Virus record (IMG/VR): IMGVR_UViG_3300038406_000260
Location: 1 to 52,229 of that record
Origin: a virus
Lineage: Duplodnaviria > Caudoviricetes
Length of the DNA: 52,229 nt
Strand: one strand, 5' to 3'
Positions 36,688 to 46,202 of the stretch are shown here, piece by piece. The notes beneath the pieces are model-generated. The model worked only from the letters and a program-made list of their open reading frames with translations. It made no database searches and was not told where the DNA came from. Position 1 is the stretch's first letter, and the number at the start of each line of letters is the position of its first letter. A program made the translations under genes and the position numbers.

Positions 36688-37020
36688 TCAGCCGGCATCG
36701 TCGGCCTCCCCGTCCTCCAGCCGGGCCACCTCGGCGGCCAGCCGCTCACGCTTGGCGCGCAGCTTCTCGGCACCGGTGTGGGCGAGCATCAGCAGCAGCG
36801 GCAGGGCCAGCGGCCAGGCGGCGACGCAGGCGATGCCGGTCCACAGGGCGCGGGCGAAGGCGGCCGTCCACCCATCCTGGATCGTGTACCGGGCCCCGTA
36901 CTGGTCCTTCTTTTCGACCGGCCCGCGGCGTGGCTGGTCGCCGAGGATCCGCACGAACGCAGCCCGGCCGATGACAGCGCCGAGCAGCAGCCACCCCCAG
37001 ATGCTCAGCAGCGGGATCAT
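36688..37020 (-). CDS. Membrane protein
   Basis: Two transmembrane segments; AWPL motif. Confidence 0.55.
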   Translation of the reverse strand: MIPLLSIWGWLLLGAVIGRAAFVRILGDQPRRGPVEKKDQYGARYTIQDGWTAAFARALWTGIACVAAWPLALPLLLMLAHTGAEKLRAKRERLAAEVARLEDGEADDAG

Positions 37021-37766
37021 GCCGACTCCTCTCCGGCTGGGGCCGGCTCCGGGGTGCCGGGGACGGGGCGGACCTTGAGGAGGTCTTGGCAGTGTGCCTT
37101 CATTGCTTCCCTAGCGCGAGTCTGACTCTTTCCGTGCGGGGCGAAGACAAGTGGGCATCCGCAGGAGCATTGATATTCCTTGGCGGTGACGCGTACAAGG
37201 CGGTGACCCCTGACCCCACGACCGACCAGGGGAAGCCCCCTGGCTACCGGTGACACCCTGCCAAGGGCCGACTGCTCGCCCGGACGCGGAAAGTTCAGGG
37301 CAGCGTAGTCACCGAAGTAGCGGCGCGCTGCATCGTCGTAGGCGAGTGCTGCATCCTCCTCCGACATGAAGCGGCCAAGCTTGATCTGCTTCCCCTGCGG
37401 GTAAATCCTCGCTAGCCACCTAAGCCTCGACGTGTCCCAAACAACGCCCTTGTAGCGAGATGTTCCCTTGGTTTTTTGGCGATTGGCTTGGTTCTGTGAC
37501 TCAGTAGCAGGTCGCAAGTTGCAGCGCCGGTTGTCCAAGCCGTTGCCGTTGATGTGGTCAACCCGTGGCCAACCGGTCAAGAAGGTGTGCACGAACTGGC
37601 CTCGCTCTCGCACGGAATCCACATCAGGTTCTAGGAAGCGTCGTCGTGCGTAATAGGTTTCCCGCTTCCCCGCAGGACGCCACCTGAACTGGGAGACAGC
37701 TTCCGCATCGGCATCATCGACTAGCAGAAACAGACCATGATGCAGTGGGATTCGCACGACCGTCAC
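37017..37766 (-). CDS. HNH-AP2 homing endonuclease
   Basis: VDHINGNGLDNRRCNLR; SRYKGV.W...W.ARI...LGRF..EEDAALAYD; lower GC. Confidence 0.88.
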   Translation of the reverse strand: MTVVRIPLHHGLFLLVDDADAEAVSQFRWRPAGKRETYYARRRFLEPDVDSVRERGQFVHTFLTGWPRVDHINGNGLDNRRCNLRPATESQNQANRQKTKGTSRYKGVVWDTSRLRWLARIYPQGKQIKLGRFMSEEDAALAYDDAARRYFGDYAALNFPRPGEQSALGRVSPVARGLPLVGRGVRGHRLVRVTAKEYQCSCGCPLVFAPHGKSQTRAREAMKAHCQDLLKVRPVPGTPEPAPAGEESA

Positions 37767-38857
37767 CTGACATCTCCAATACTGCGGGTGCCGGCGCGGA
37801 TCTCGGCAGCGATACGGCACAGGTCCCCGGCCAACTCGGTCTGGCTCCAGCGGGACGCCAGGCCGGCGCCGAAGACCAGCGCGGCGGCTGCGGCGTGCCG
37901 GTCCCGGGCCTCCATGTCCCCGGCGGCCCGCTCCCACAGGTCGGCGGCCCGGCGGGCGGTGGCCAGCTCGGCGGCCTGCTCGGCATGGTCGGCAGCCCAC
38001 CTGTGGTTCGCCTCCACCGCCTCAGCCAGCTCGGCGTCCCGGCGGGCCAGCTCGGCGGCCTCCCGGTCCCACCCGGCCCCGGCGGCGGCAGCAGCCCCGC
38101 GGGTGGTGGCCAACTCGGCGCGGAGCCGCCGCACCGAGTCGCTGCGCTGCCGGTCCCGTTCAGCCAGCGCGTCGTAGAGCTGGGTGCTGCGGGCATCCAG
38201 CGCCCCGGCGTACCGGCCCAGGTCCTGAGCGGCAGCGGCGGCGGTGCGTTGCCCTGACGGCTCGTCCAGCTTCACCCCGGACGCCTCCACCCGCGGCGGC
38301 GGCGGGGCGGTCACCCCGTGCGGGCCACGCTCGAAGGCGGCCAGCACGTCGGCGACCGGCTCGTCTGGCTCCGGCTGGTCGGCGTGTAGCAGGTCATCGG
38401 CCGCGCACGGGTCCGGGCAGTCCAGCCGCGAGCAGGTGACATGCCCGGCCTCAGCCAGGAACAGCGAGCTGCCCCGGCAGGCCGGGCAGCGGCCGGCGAC
38501 GCGTGGGAAGCCGACGCCGACACCGTGGGATGCCGTGGTCGGCTGCGGCTTGGGCTGGTCCGCCGGCTTGCTCGGTGGCGGTGGTGGTGGCTGGTGGGTG
38601 GTCATCGGGTGGCCTCCAGGGTGCCCGGAGCGGGTGAGGCGGGGTGGTCGTAGGTGGATGGGCGCCAGCGTGTCCGGGTCAAGCGACCGGACATGCATCC
38701 ACCCGCCGGCGTCGCCATCCAGCGGCATGCCGTACATGACGCGGCTGCGACAGGTGCGGCAGTTGGCGAGGTCGCCAGGCTGGCCGAGGTTCAGGTAGTC
38801 GCCGGTGGGCCGGTTGGTCTGGTCCAGGTGGGCGAGGATGTCGTACTCGCTGGTCAT
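37763..38857 (-). CDS. Mosaic hypothetical protein with Zn-finger and coiled-coil parts
   Basis: GRCPAC...LFL...HVTCSRLDCPDP; may have an internal start. Confidence 0.5.
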   Translation of the reverse strand: MTSEYDILAHLDQTNRPTGDYLNLGQPGDLANCRTCRSRVMYGMPLDGDAGGWMHVRSLDPDTLAPIHLRPPRLTRSGHPGGHPMTTHQPPPPPPSKPADQPKPQPTTASHGVGVGFPRVAGRCPACRGSSLFLAEAGHVTCSRLDCPDPCAADDLLHADQPEPDEPVADVLAAFERGPHGVTAPPPPRVEASGVKLDEPSGQRTAAAAAQDLGRYAGALDARSTQLYDALAERDRQRSDSVRRLRAELATTRGAAAAAGAGWDREAAELARRDAELAEAVEANHRWAADHAEQAAELATARRAADLWERAAGDMEARDRHAAAAALVFGAGLASRWSQTELAGDLCRIAAEIRAGTRSIGDVR

Positions 38858-39081
38858 GGGGTCTCCTTGGTGGTCGGTAGCTGCTCGCACGCCACGCCGT
38901 CCCCGTCGACGTCGAGCTCGTACGGGTCGTCCCGGTCGCGGTCGAGCTGACGCTGCGCCTCCGGCTGGGTGGTGAAGTCGTCGCAGTTCCGGTCGTCTCC
39001 GGCGGGGCAGCCGGACAGGGTGAGCACCAGGGCGAGGCCGACGGCGACCCGGGTAGTGGTCCCCAGCAGTGGCCGGATCAT
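38854..39081 (-). CDS. Excalibur-like Ca-binding lipoprotein
   Basis: LSGC lipobox; NCDDF...LDVDGDGVACE. Confidence 0.75.
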   Translation of the reverse strand: MIRPLLGTTTRVAVGLALVLTLSGCPAGDDRNCDDFTTQPEAQRQLDRDRDDPYELDVDGDGVACEQLPTTKETP

Positions 39082-39269
39082 GGCTGGCTCCCGGCGTTAA
39101 TCAGGATGGCGCCGATGAGGATAGGGACGATGATCGCGAGCAGGATGATCCAGAACCAGGCCGGCCCGCGCCAGCCCTCCTGGCGGTAGAGCACCCGGTT
39201 CGCTAACCCGAGGATGGCGAGTACGGGCGTGACGACGAGGGCCGCGCCGATCCAGAAGATGGCGGTCAT
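39078..39269 (-). CDS. Small membrane protein
   Basis: Two transmembrane segments; AAGGA RBS. Confidence 0.55.
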   Translation of the reverse strand: MTAIFWIGAALVVTPVLAILGLANRVLYRQEGWRGPAWFWIILLAIIVPILIGAILINAGSQP

Positions 39270-39313
39270 GGTGGGTCCTTTCTGGCGAGCCGCTCACTGC
39301 GGCCAGGTGGGGG

Positions 39314-40909
39314 TCATGAGGGGTGTCCGGGACAACGGTCTGTGGCCTTCCAGGGCCACTCGTTCGGGTCGCCGTGGACTAGGTAGTTGGGCCAGCTGCG
39401 GTCATCCCGGCCACCGCGCCAGTGCTTGACCTGAACCTCCCGAGGGCGGCTGCCAACCATTGGAGAGCCGTCGACCGGCCGGATGCCGAAGCCGAACTCG
39501 GGCCAGCGCAGTAGCAGACTGGACCCGGCCGGGCGGACAGAACGCTTCAGCCCTTGCTCCCCGTGGCCGGCGTGGGCCTCGGTGATCAGCGCGCAGTCCG
39601 TGGCCACCCGTACCCGGTCGAGCACCGCGGCGACACGGCGGGCGGGTAGCTCCTCATTCATGTTGGCCTCGTGAAGGCGGTAGAACGGGCCGATGAACAG
39701 GACGTCGGGCTGGTGGGCGCGGACCCGTTCGGCGAGCCATTCGGCCCATTCATCTTTGGTGAGGTCGACACCTTCCGGTCGGTGGATCAGCCGGAGTCCG
39801 CCGGCGGGGACGCGGTGCTGATACTGGATGGACGCGGCGGCCAGCGGACGGAACCGGCGGCGGGACTGCCGGATGCTGTTCTCGCAGTCGATGAACAGCA
39901 CCCGCTGGGGGGTGCACTGGTCATGACGGTTCCAGTCGAACGGGTGCATCCCGGCGGCGATCATCACGGCCATCTGCCGCAGCAGCATCGACTTGCCGAG
40001 TCCCTCGAACCCGGTCAGCACGAGCCGGTCGCCGCGTTCGAGGATGTCCGGGACGATCCAGTTGTAGGGTTCGTCAGCGGAGCCCACGAATTCCCACAGG
40101 TCGGGCGCTAGTTCGGGTCGGGCTTCCTGCTCGCTGTCGAATGTGACTTCCAGGTCGGCCAGGGGTTGACCGGCGCCGACGTGGTCGGTTACGTCCTTGC
40201 CGGTGCGTGGTTCGACTATCCGGACCGCCTCGGCGGCAGGTAGCAGGGCGTCGCGTACCTGCCTGGCGTGGGCGCGGCCGGGTTCGTCGGCGTCGGCGGT
40301 GATGGTGACGACTGCCCCGCGGAGGGTCTCGGTGTACTCGGGTCGCCATTTGCCGGCGCCGCCCGGGTTGCAGGTGGCTACCAGCCCGTGGCGGTGGAGG
40401 GTGTGAGCGTCCTTCTCGCCCTCGCAGACGTAGACCTCCCGCCCGTCGCGTACTGCGGCGATGACCTCGGGCAGCCGGTACAGGACGCGCCGGACATCGC
40501 CAAGCTTCCAGGTCCAACCGCTGGCCGCGTTCGGGTCCGGCCGCCGTTGCCGGAAGTCCTTGGTGGCGGTGCGGCACACCTGGTAGAGCAGCTGGCCGTT
40601 CTCGTCCCGGTAGTCGTAGATGGCCACGGCCGGGCCGGCGGGGGTCCAGTTGTCGTCTCGTTCGCGTTCGCGTGTGGTGCTCAGGTCTTCCCAGGTCAGC
40701 CCTAGCGCGGCCAGGACGTCCCGCGGGTCGCAGCCGGCCTGGCAGTGGAAGACCACGGGGTGTTTCTGGCCGGGGCCGACGGTGAGGCTGGCGGTCCGGT
40801 CGTCGTGGGCCGGGCATTGAACGACGTAGCCGGCACCGGAGCGTCTGACGGTGGCGAACTTCGGTAGGACGATCTCGCGTAGTGGGTCGACGGGGGTCAG
40901 TTGTTCCAC
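39314..40909 (-). CDS. Primase (Zn finger/TOPRIM)-helicase (RepA-type AAA) fusion
   Basis: CPAHDD..C.AGC; VCEGEKDA; DADEPG; GFEGLGKS; IDCEN. Confidence 0.88.
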   Translation of the reverse strand: MEQLTPVDPLREIVLPKFATVRRSGAGYVVQCPAHDDRTASLTVGPGQKHPVVFHCQAGCDPRDVLAALGLTWEDLSTTRERERDDNWTPAGPAVAIYDYRDENGQLLYQVCRTATKDFRQRRPDPNAASGWTWKLGDVRRVLYRLPEVIAAVRDGREVYVCEGEKDAHTLHRHGLVATCNPGGAGKWRPEYTETLRGAVVTITADADEPGRAHARQVRDALLPAAEAVRIVEPRTGKDVTDHVGAGQPLADLEVTFDSEQEARPELAPDLWEFVGSADEPYNWIVPDILERGDRLVLTGFEGLGKSMLLRQMAVMIAAGMHPFDWNRHDQCTPQRVLFIDCENSIRQSRRRFRPLAAASIQYQHRVPAGGLRLIHRPEGVDLTKDEWAEWLAERVRAHQPDVLFIGPFYRLHEANMNEELPARRVAAVLDRVRVATDCALITEAHAGHGEQGLKRSVRPAGSSLLLRWPEFGFGIRPVDGSPMVGSRPREVQVKHWRGGRDDRSWPNYLVHGDPNEWPWKATDRCPGHPS

Positions 40910-41649
40910 CACCCTTCGTCGTTGCGTGGCGGCGGCGGTTGGTCGGTCCACCGTTCGCCGTTGAGCCAGGTGGCCGGGTGGGCGGTGTACTGGGGTTCTT
41001 GGCCGCGGCGCTGCTCGGCGTAGTGGTTGGCACCAGCGATGATGTCGGCTGGGTCGGCCGCCTTGGTCGCCTTCGGCCAGGCTTTGCGTGCCTGGCCTTT
41101 GCCGACTTTGCGCGGGTATGCCGCCCAGAACGCTGACCAGTGTGGATCATCATCGGTCGGCGGAGCCGACTTCCCCCGGCGGGGGGTAGGGGGGTTAGAC
41201 ACAGACTCAGACACAGACACAGACACAGAGCGGTTTGGATTCCGCTCGGAGTCCGGACCGGACTCCGGTGGGTGTCCGGTCCGGACAATCTGTCCGTCTA
41301 CCTGCGAGTTCCCGTTTTGCCGTGCGAGTTGCCGTACCCGCCGCTTGCGTTCGCGGTCATAGTCTCTGTCCGCCTCAACGCGTGCGCGGGTGAGGTTCCT
41401 GGCGTCCCACTGGTGGAACCGGAAGCCGCCCTTGACTCGCCTCCACAGCCCGCGTCCCACCAGTTCGCTCGCAGCTTCGGCCGACACCGTGGAGAGCAGG
41501 CTCAGCACGTCCTCGGGGACGAAGCCGTCAAGCAGCTTCGCCACGGAGTACGAGCCGGCCCGCACCCAGAGTGCGGTTGCGCTGTCGCTCATCCCGATGG
41601 TCTTTGGGTGGTCGTAGAAATCAGGGTCGACTTGGAACCTCACTGGCAT
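40897..41649 (-). CDS. Replication initiator-like protein
   Basis: VDPDFYDHPK; FWAAYPRKVGK..A.KAW; HPATWLNGERW.D. Confidence 0.78.
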   Translation of the reverse strand: MPVRFQVDPDFYDHPKTIGMSDSATALWVRAGSYSVAKLLDGFVPEDVLSLLSTVSAEAASELVGRGLWRRVKGGFRFHQWDARNLTRARVEADRDYDRERKRRVRQLARQNGNSQVDGQIVRTGHPPESGPDSERNPNRSVSVSVSESVSNPPTPRRGKSAPPTDDDPHWSAFWAAYPRKVGKGQARKAWPKATKAADPADIIAGANHYAEQRRGQEPQYTAHPATWLNGERWTDQPPPPRNDEGWWNN

Positions 41650-42191
41650 CACACAGCCCTCCGCTGCGGCCGCGGTGCCCGGACGAACGGCAGCTCGCCC
41701 GGACGGTAGAGGGCTCCGCCCTCCGCCAGCCAGAACTTGTTGGGCTCCTTCCTCGCTCGAAGATGCCGGCGGCAGCTCCACGCGCCGGCGTAGTCCATGA
41801 AGCAGTGGTGCTGGCATTCTGGGCAGCGGACGATCACGATGTCCTGGTCGTCGCGGCTGCCGTGCCATTGGGCGGTCTCACCCGGACCGGGTGGCCGTAG
41901 CACCACCACCAGGTCGGCTGCCCAGTCCCACTCGTCGTAGCCGAGCGTGTCCTGGAGCTGTTGGATCTTCTCGACCCGCTCGTTGTGAGGCCCCTTGACC
42001 TCGGCCCAGACCCGCTGGGACTTGAGGTAGAAGTCGGGCCGGTATGCCTGGCCGCTGTTGAGCCGCAAGGCGACAGGTTCGTACTGCCAGTACCAGCCGA
42101 GGGTGTCGAAGGTGGCGGCCCAGTCGGCTTCGAGGGTGGACGCAAATGACGTGCCGGCGTATCGGGTGCGAACCGCCTTGATTGCGCTCAC
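41649..42191 (-). CDS. PD-(D/E)XK nuclease
   Basis: FASTLEADWA..F...W.YEP...YRPDF....WAEVKG. Confidence 0.78.
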   Translation of the reverse strand: MSAIKAVRTRYAGTSFASTLEADWAATFDTLGWYWQYEPVALRLNSGQAYRPDFYLKSQRVWAEVKGPHNERVEKIQQLQDTLGYDEWDWAADLVVVLRPPGPGETAQWHGSRDDQDIVIVRCPECQHHCFMDYAGAWSCRRHLRARKEPNKFWLAEGGALYRPGELPFVRAPRPQRRAV

Positions 42192-42253
42192 CGCCACCTC
42201 CCTATTCGTTACTGCGACGCTATGCGCCGCAGTTCCGGCCCGCCAAATACGCC

Positions 42254-42341
42254 TGTGGATGGAGCTGTGTACGGCGTTGTGGATATCGCCGTGGTTCTGT
42301 GGACTTCGCTGCCCACAGGCTGTGGGTAAACCTGTGGACAT
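42254..42341. promoter_or_regulatory. Cluster of DnaA-box-like 9-mers
   Basis: TGTGGATGG, TGTGTACGG, TGTGGATAT, TGTGGACTT, CTGCCCACA, TGTGGGTAA, TGTGGACAT. Confidence 0.6.
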
Positions 42342-42373
42342 GCGTGTCGCACGCTGCTTGGCCTGCTATTTCG

Positions 42374-42544
42374 TCATCCACCTCCTGTGGGTTCAAGGTT
42401 TTCGGGAACGATTTCCTCCGGGGCGCGGTGGCAGTCGCACTCGCACCACGACTTGTCGCACGCCGCGGGCGCGCCGGGTGCGCAGAAGTGGAGGCACTCG
42501 CCGGACACGTTCTCGTCGTCGGTGAGGTACTCGATCTCAGCCAC
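42374..42544 (-). CDS. Small Cys-rich protein (MAEIEYLTDD...CECDCH), below the ORF track cut-off
   Basis: GAGGTG RBS; overlaps upstream stop. Confidence 0.5.
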   Translation of the reverse strand: MAEIEYLTDDENVSGECLHFCAPGAPAACDKSWCECDCHRAPEEIVPENLEPTGGG

Positions 42545-42705
42545 AGGTGCACCTCGCGATCACCAGCAGGCAGCCGCGGCATCGCAGCGTGTACCCGTCC
42601 TGGTCGTACGCGCCCATATACGTCTGCCACCTTCCGCACCGGCAGGGCAGGGCGTTGCGGCGGTTCAGCTCGGCCACCAGATCGGCGTCGCTGGCTTTGC
42701 GAAGC

Positions 42706-43182
42706 TCAACCATCGCGCATCGCCTCGTCCAGGGTCGGCTGTGAGCCCACCGCCGCGTGGAACGTCTCGATCGCCGGCCGCCACAGCCCGTGCCGCTCGA
42801 CCACGGCGGAGAACTCCTCCAGGTCATGACCGCGGACGATCAGCCTCTCATCGGCGCCGGCCGTGCCCAGGTGGCACAGCTCGTGGTCGACCAGCGCCAC
42901 CCGCTGAGCCTCGGTCAGCGTCTGCCACATGTCGGCGGCGATCTCCAGCACGAAGAACTCCACCTCCTCCGGCGGCTCATCCTTGAGGGCCAGGTGCACC
43001 AGGTGGGCGGGTAGGCCGGTGACCTTGCGGGCCTTGCCGAGCACGACCTTGCCTTTGCTGCTGGCGGCCTTGTCACGCCACAGGTAGCGGATGGGTACGT
43101 CGAGCAGGTGCCGGTGGTGCTGCTCGATCAGCTTCTCGGCGATCCGCTCGACCTCGGGCGCAACATAGTACGAGGTGCTCAT
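42706..43182 (-). CDS. Putative phage metallopeptidase
   Basis: LGKARK...LVDHELCH...HDLEEF..VVERHG. Confidence 0.75.
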   Translation of the reverse strand: MSTSYYVAPEVERIAEKLIEQHHRHLLDVPIRYLWRDKAASSKGKVVLGKARKVTGLPAHLVHLALKDEPPEEVEFFVLEIAADMWQTLTEAQRVALVDHELCHLGTAGADERLIVRGHDLEEFSAVVERHGLWRPAIETFHAAVGSQPTLDEAMRDG

Positions 43183-43643
43183 GGTGATACCTCCGCGGTG
43201 ATGACGGGATAGTGGTGGGGGTCGCCGTAGCCCTCGATCCGGAGCAGGCTGACGGCGTCGCCCAGGTGGAGCCGCAGCGGCAGCGGGCCGGCGATCCGGC
43301 TGTCCAGCCAGTGGCGGCCGTCGAGCCAGGCCCACCAGCGGCCGGCGTTTGCCGGCCCGACCCCGCGTCGCTGGGTGACCAGCACCCCGAGGTCCGCGCC
43401 GGCGTTGAGCCGCTGCTGCTCCAGGTCGTGCAGCCAGCGGCAGATGTCCAGGTCGCTGGCTGTCTTGGCAGCGGCGCCGCCTTTGATCGACCAGCAGATG
43501 CCGGGGGTGCCGGTGATGTCCCCGGCATCGTCCCGGCCGTGTAGTCTGCGCCGCTCGGCCTGCGGGAACCCGGCGCCCTGGAGGTAGCGGACCACGTCGG
43601 TCTCGGTGTGGGTGCCGATGTCACCCGGGCTACGTGGCGCCAT
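43179..43643 (-). CDS. Holliday junction resolvase-like nuclease
   Basis: GT..ET.VV.YL...GFP.AERR...G.DD.GDI. Confidence 0.7.
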   Translation of the reverse strand: MAPRSPGDIGTHTETDVVRYLQGAGFPQAERRRLHGRDDAGDITGTPGICWSIKGGAAAKTASDLDICRWLHDLEQQRLNAGADLGVLVTQRRGVGPANAGRWWAWLDGRHWLDSRIAGPLPLRLHLGDAVSLLRIEGYGDPHHYPVITAEVSP

Positions 43644-44556
43644 CGGTCACCCCGCTGCCGGGTTCGGCCGTGGCCGGCCAGTCCTCGGCGGCCGGCTCGT
43701 CGACTACCTCGCCGTCGATGTCGGGCAACGGCAGCTCGACGCCAGCCGGCATCCCCGGCGAGGTGGCCACGCGGTTCGCCTCAGCGATAGCCCGGGCAAT
43801 CTCCATCCGGAACTCGGCCGACGTCGGCACCCACTTCTGTAGCTGCCGCACGCCGGACTTGAGCCACATGCTGGCCTCGTGGTGGACCCACGGCGAGTAC
43901 TCAGAGTTGGCGCCCTCGGCGCTGGCCTTGATGCGGGCGATGTCTTCGGCGCCGAGCTGGACGACGCGCGAAACGGCGCCGTCCTTCATCCGCGCGTAGG
44001 CGTAGACACCTAACAGCCCTCCACGGCTAGCCGCTCCAGTGAACGGCGGCCAGTTGTGCCACGGGATTTCCTGCGGACCCTGCCAGCGCGGCGGGATCTG
44101 GCGGTCGAGCTGGCCGGCCACGAACTCGTACTGGTCGTGCTCGCGGACGACTTCCGCCACGATGGAGGAGACGGCGCCGGCGCGGTACATCAGCTCGATG
44201 TATCCCTGGTACCCGACGATCCCCAGGATCTCCAGCTTTCCCTTCACCTTGCGGGGGGTGAGGTAGTAGCCTTCGGTGCCGGGCTCCAGCCCGAGCCTGG
44301 CGGCATCCAGCAGGGCGGCGAGGAACTTGCCGGGGTTGTTGGCGGCGGCGACTTCGAGCACGAACATGCCGCGCTGCGGTGACTTCGGGTCGTCGATCCG
44401 CTTGCCGCGCTTGAGGGCGCCTTGGGCGAGCCGTACCCAGGTCTCGGCCTTGATGTGCGATGGGAGCACCTGGGCGAAGCTGGTGGAGTACTGCTTGATG
44501 AGCCCGGCGGGGCTGTTGTCGCGCTGGGCGACTGCGTTGGTGATGGTCTCAGCCAT
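43630..44556 (-). CDS. recT: RecT-family recombinase
   Basis: AARLGLEP, YLTP, GYQGYIELMYRAG, SPW....MWLK. Confidence 0.9.
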   Translation of the reverse strand: MAETITNAVAQRDNSPAGLIKQYSTSFAQVLPSHIKAETWVRLAQGALKRGKRIDDPKSPQRGMFVLEVAAANNPGKFLAALLDAARLGLEPGTEGYYLTPRKVKGKLEILGIVGYQGYIELMYRAGAVSSIVAEVVREHDQYEFVAGQLDRQIPPRWQGPQEIPWHNWPPFTGAASRGGLLGVYAYARMKDGAVSRVVQLGAEDIARIKASAEGANSEYSPWVHHEASMWLKSGVRQLQKWVPTSAEFRMEIARAIAEANRVATSPGMPAGVELPLPDIDGEVVDEPAAEDWPATAEPGSGVTDGAT

Positions 44557-45565
44557 TGGTGAGCACCTTTCCCGGGTTGAGCTTGTCGATGGTGGTGGGT
44601 CCGACCTCGTAGGGCTTGCGGTCGTAGACGGAGCGGGACACGACCAGCCGGCCGCCTAGTGTGAGCCGGCGGCCGGCGGCGAGCAGGCCGCGGGCGCGTG
44701 CCTCGTAGCGGTCGCACACTGCGGTGGTGCGTGCCTTGATCTGGCGGGCGCGGCGCCACCCGTCGGCGAATGACGGGTCGACCTCGATCGGGTCGTCGTG
44801 CTGGATGGACGGGTGCAGCCGTTTGAGGGTGGTGATGGTGGCGGGGTGGCCGTCGTCGATGTCGGGCGGGTCGAGCTGGTTGAGCCGGTCGAGGAACCGG
44901 CGCCCGTGTTCGACCATCAGCTTTATGTCGGCCGGGTCGATCGCGCCGTCGTAGGTGCGGAACCCGGACGGGCCGAGGACGCCTAGATACCACTGCTCGA
45001 CGCCGAGGACGTGGCACTGCCACAGCGCCTGAGCCCGGTAGTAGACGGGGATGTCGTCGGTTCCGTCGTCGCCCCAGCCGTCCCACGTGCCGCTCCACTT
45101 GCACTCCAGCACCGCCAGCGGCGGACCCAGCGACTGCGAGCAGGTCCAACAGTATGTGCCTAGCGTCGGCCAACCGGTTTGAGTGCGGCCGTCGCCGCAC
45201 TCAGCGCACGACGGATGCACCAGCCGGTCGGGGGTGGCGAGCATCCACGGTTGGTCGCCGTGGGCGTAGAGCCCGGCTGGGGCGAGGGTGAGGTTCTCGT
45301 GCGGGTCGCACCGGTCGGCCCACAGGTCGGCAACCGCCTGCTCCACGGCGGCGCCGATGCTCATCTCGTCCGACTGCTCCTGCCGCCAGTCGTTGACCTT
45401 GGACCAGTACAGGCTGAACGGTGACTCCCACTTCGAGATGCCGAGCACGGCGGCGATCTCGCTGGCGGAGATGCCTTCCCGGCGTAGCCGGTGCCACTCC
45501 GGCTCTGTGGGTACAGCCCGGTCCGGTGGCAGTAGCTCTACGGCCAGTCGACCCACTACGGCCAC
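44549..45565 (-). CDS. YqaJ/RecE-like exonuclease
   Basis: R..GISASEIAAVLG.SKWESP; ATPDR; LECK; YYRAQ. Confidence 0.9.
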   Translation of the reverse strand: MAVVGRLAVELLPPDRAVPTEPEWHRLRREGISASEIAAVLGISKWESPFSLYWSKVNDWRQEQSDEMSIGAAVEQAVADLWADRCDPHENLTLAPAGLYAHGDQPWMLATPDRLVHPSCAECGDGRTQTGWPTLGTYCWTCSQSLGPPLAVLECKWSGTWDGWGDDGTDDIPVYYRAQALWQCHVLGVEQWYLGVLGPSGFRTYDGAIDPADIKLMVEHGRRFLDRLNQLDPPDIDDGHPATITTLKRLHPSIQHDDPIEVDPSFADGWRRARQIKARTTAVCDRYEARARGLLAAGRRLTLGGRLVVSRSVYDRKPYEVGPTTIDKLNPGKVLTNG

Positions 45566-45755
45566 ACCGCCACGATGCGCGTCCCGTCGCCGGCGGCGTG
45601 CCGGCCGGAGTGACCGAGCGGACGCGTGCACACGTACGGCCACTCCGGACCGCCGTATACCGCAGGGCAGCCCGGGGACGGGTTCGGGGTCAGGTCCAGC
45701 GGCAGGTCGGAGCGCAAGGCGCCACGCCGACGCTCGGCTGCGAAGGTCCAGGCCC

Positions 45756-46202
45756 TCATGCCAGTACCTCCATGGTGGGTGTGCGGTCGGTGCCGGCCAG
45801 CCAGCCCAGCCGCCGCCGGACGGCCACCGGCAGCGGCTCCTGGCCCCAGCTGCCGGCGATCCACCGGGCCACGGCCACGCTCAGCTCGTGCCGCCCGAGC
45901 GCCACCGTGCGCCAGTAGGCGGTCCGTTGGGTGAGCCCGTCGGCGAGGCAGTTGCCACCCTCCAGGCCGGTGCGGCAGCGGGTGATTCCGCAGTGGGGGC
46001 AGCTCCACCCGGCCGGCCGGGCTGGTGCGGTGCGCCATAGCGGGCCGGCGGGGGTCAGCTCGCCGGCGGCTGGCAGTCGTTTGGTGCGTGCTATCAGCGC
46101 CTGGTCTTCGGCGTCGAGGCGGCGGCGGCCGACGATGCCGGACCACCACCACAGGCCGGTGAAGAAGCCGGCGATGAGCAGCAAGAGCACGATACGGATC
46201 AT
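45756..46202 (-). CDS. Membrane-anchored hypothetical protein
   Basis: N-terminal transmembrane segment; CPHC; AGAGAGGA RBS. Confidence 0.5.
   Translation of the reverse strand: MIRIVLLLLIAGFFTGLWWWSGIVGRRRLDAEDQALIARTKRLPAAGELTPAGPLWRTAPARPAGWSCPHCGITRCRTGLEGGNCLADGLTQRTAYWRTVALGRHELSVAVARWIAGSWGQEPLPVAVRRRLGWLAGTDRTPTMEVLA

Noticed and set aside
41198-41230. ACACAG tandem repeat as iterons or CRISPR
   Set aside because: It encodes the SVSVSV linker common in phage replication proteins; no spacers; an origin role cannot be supported
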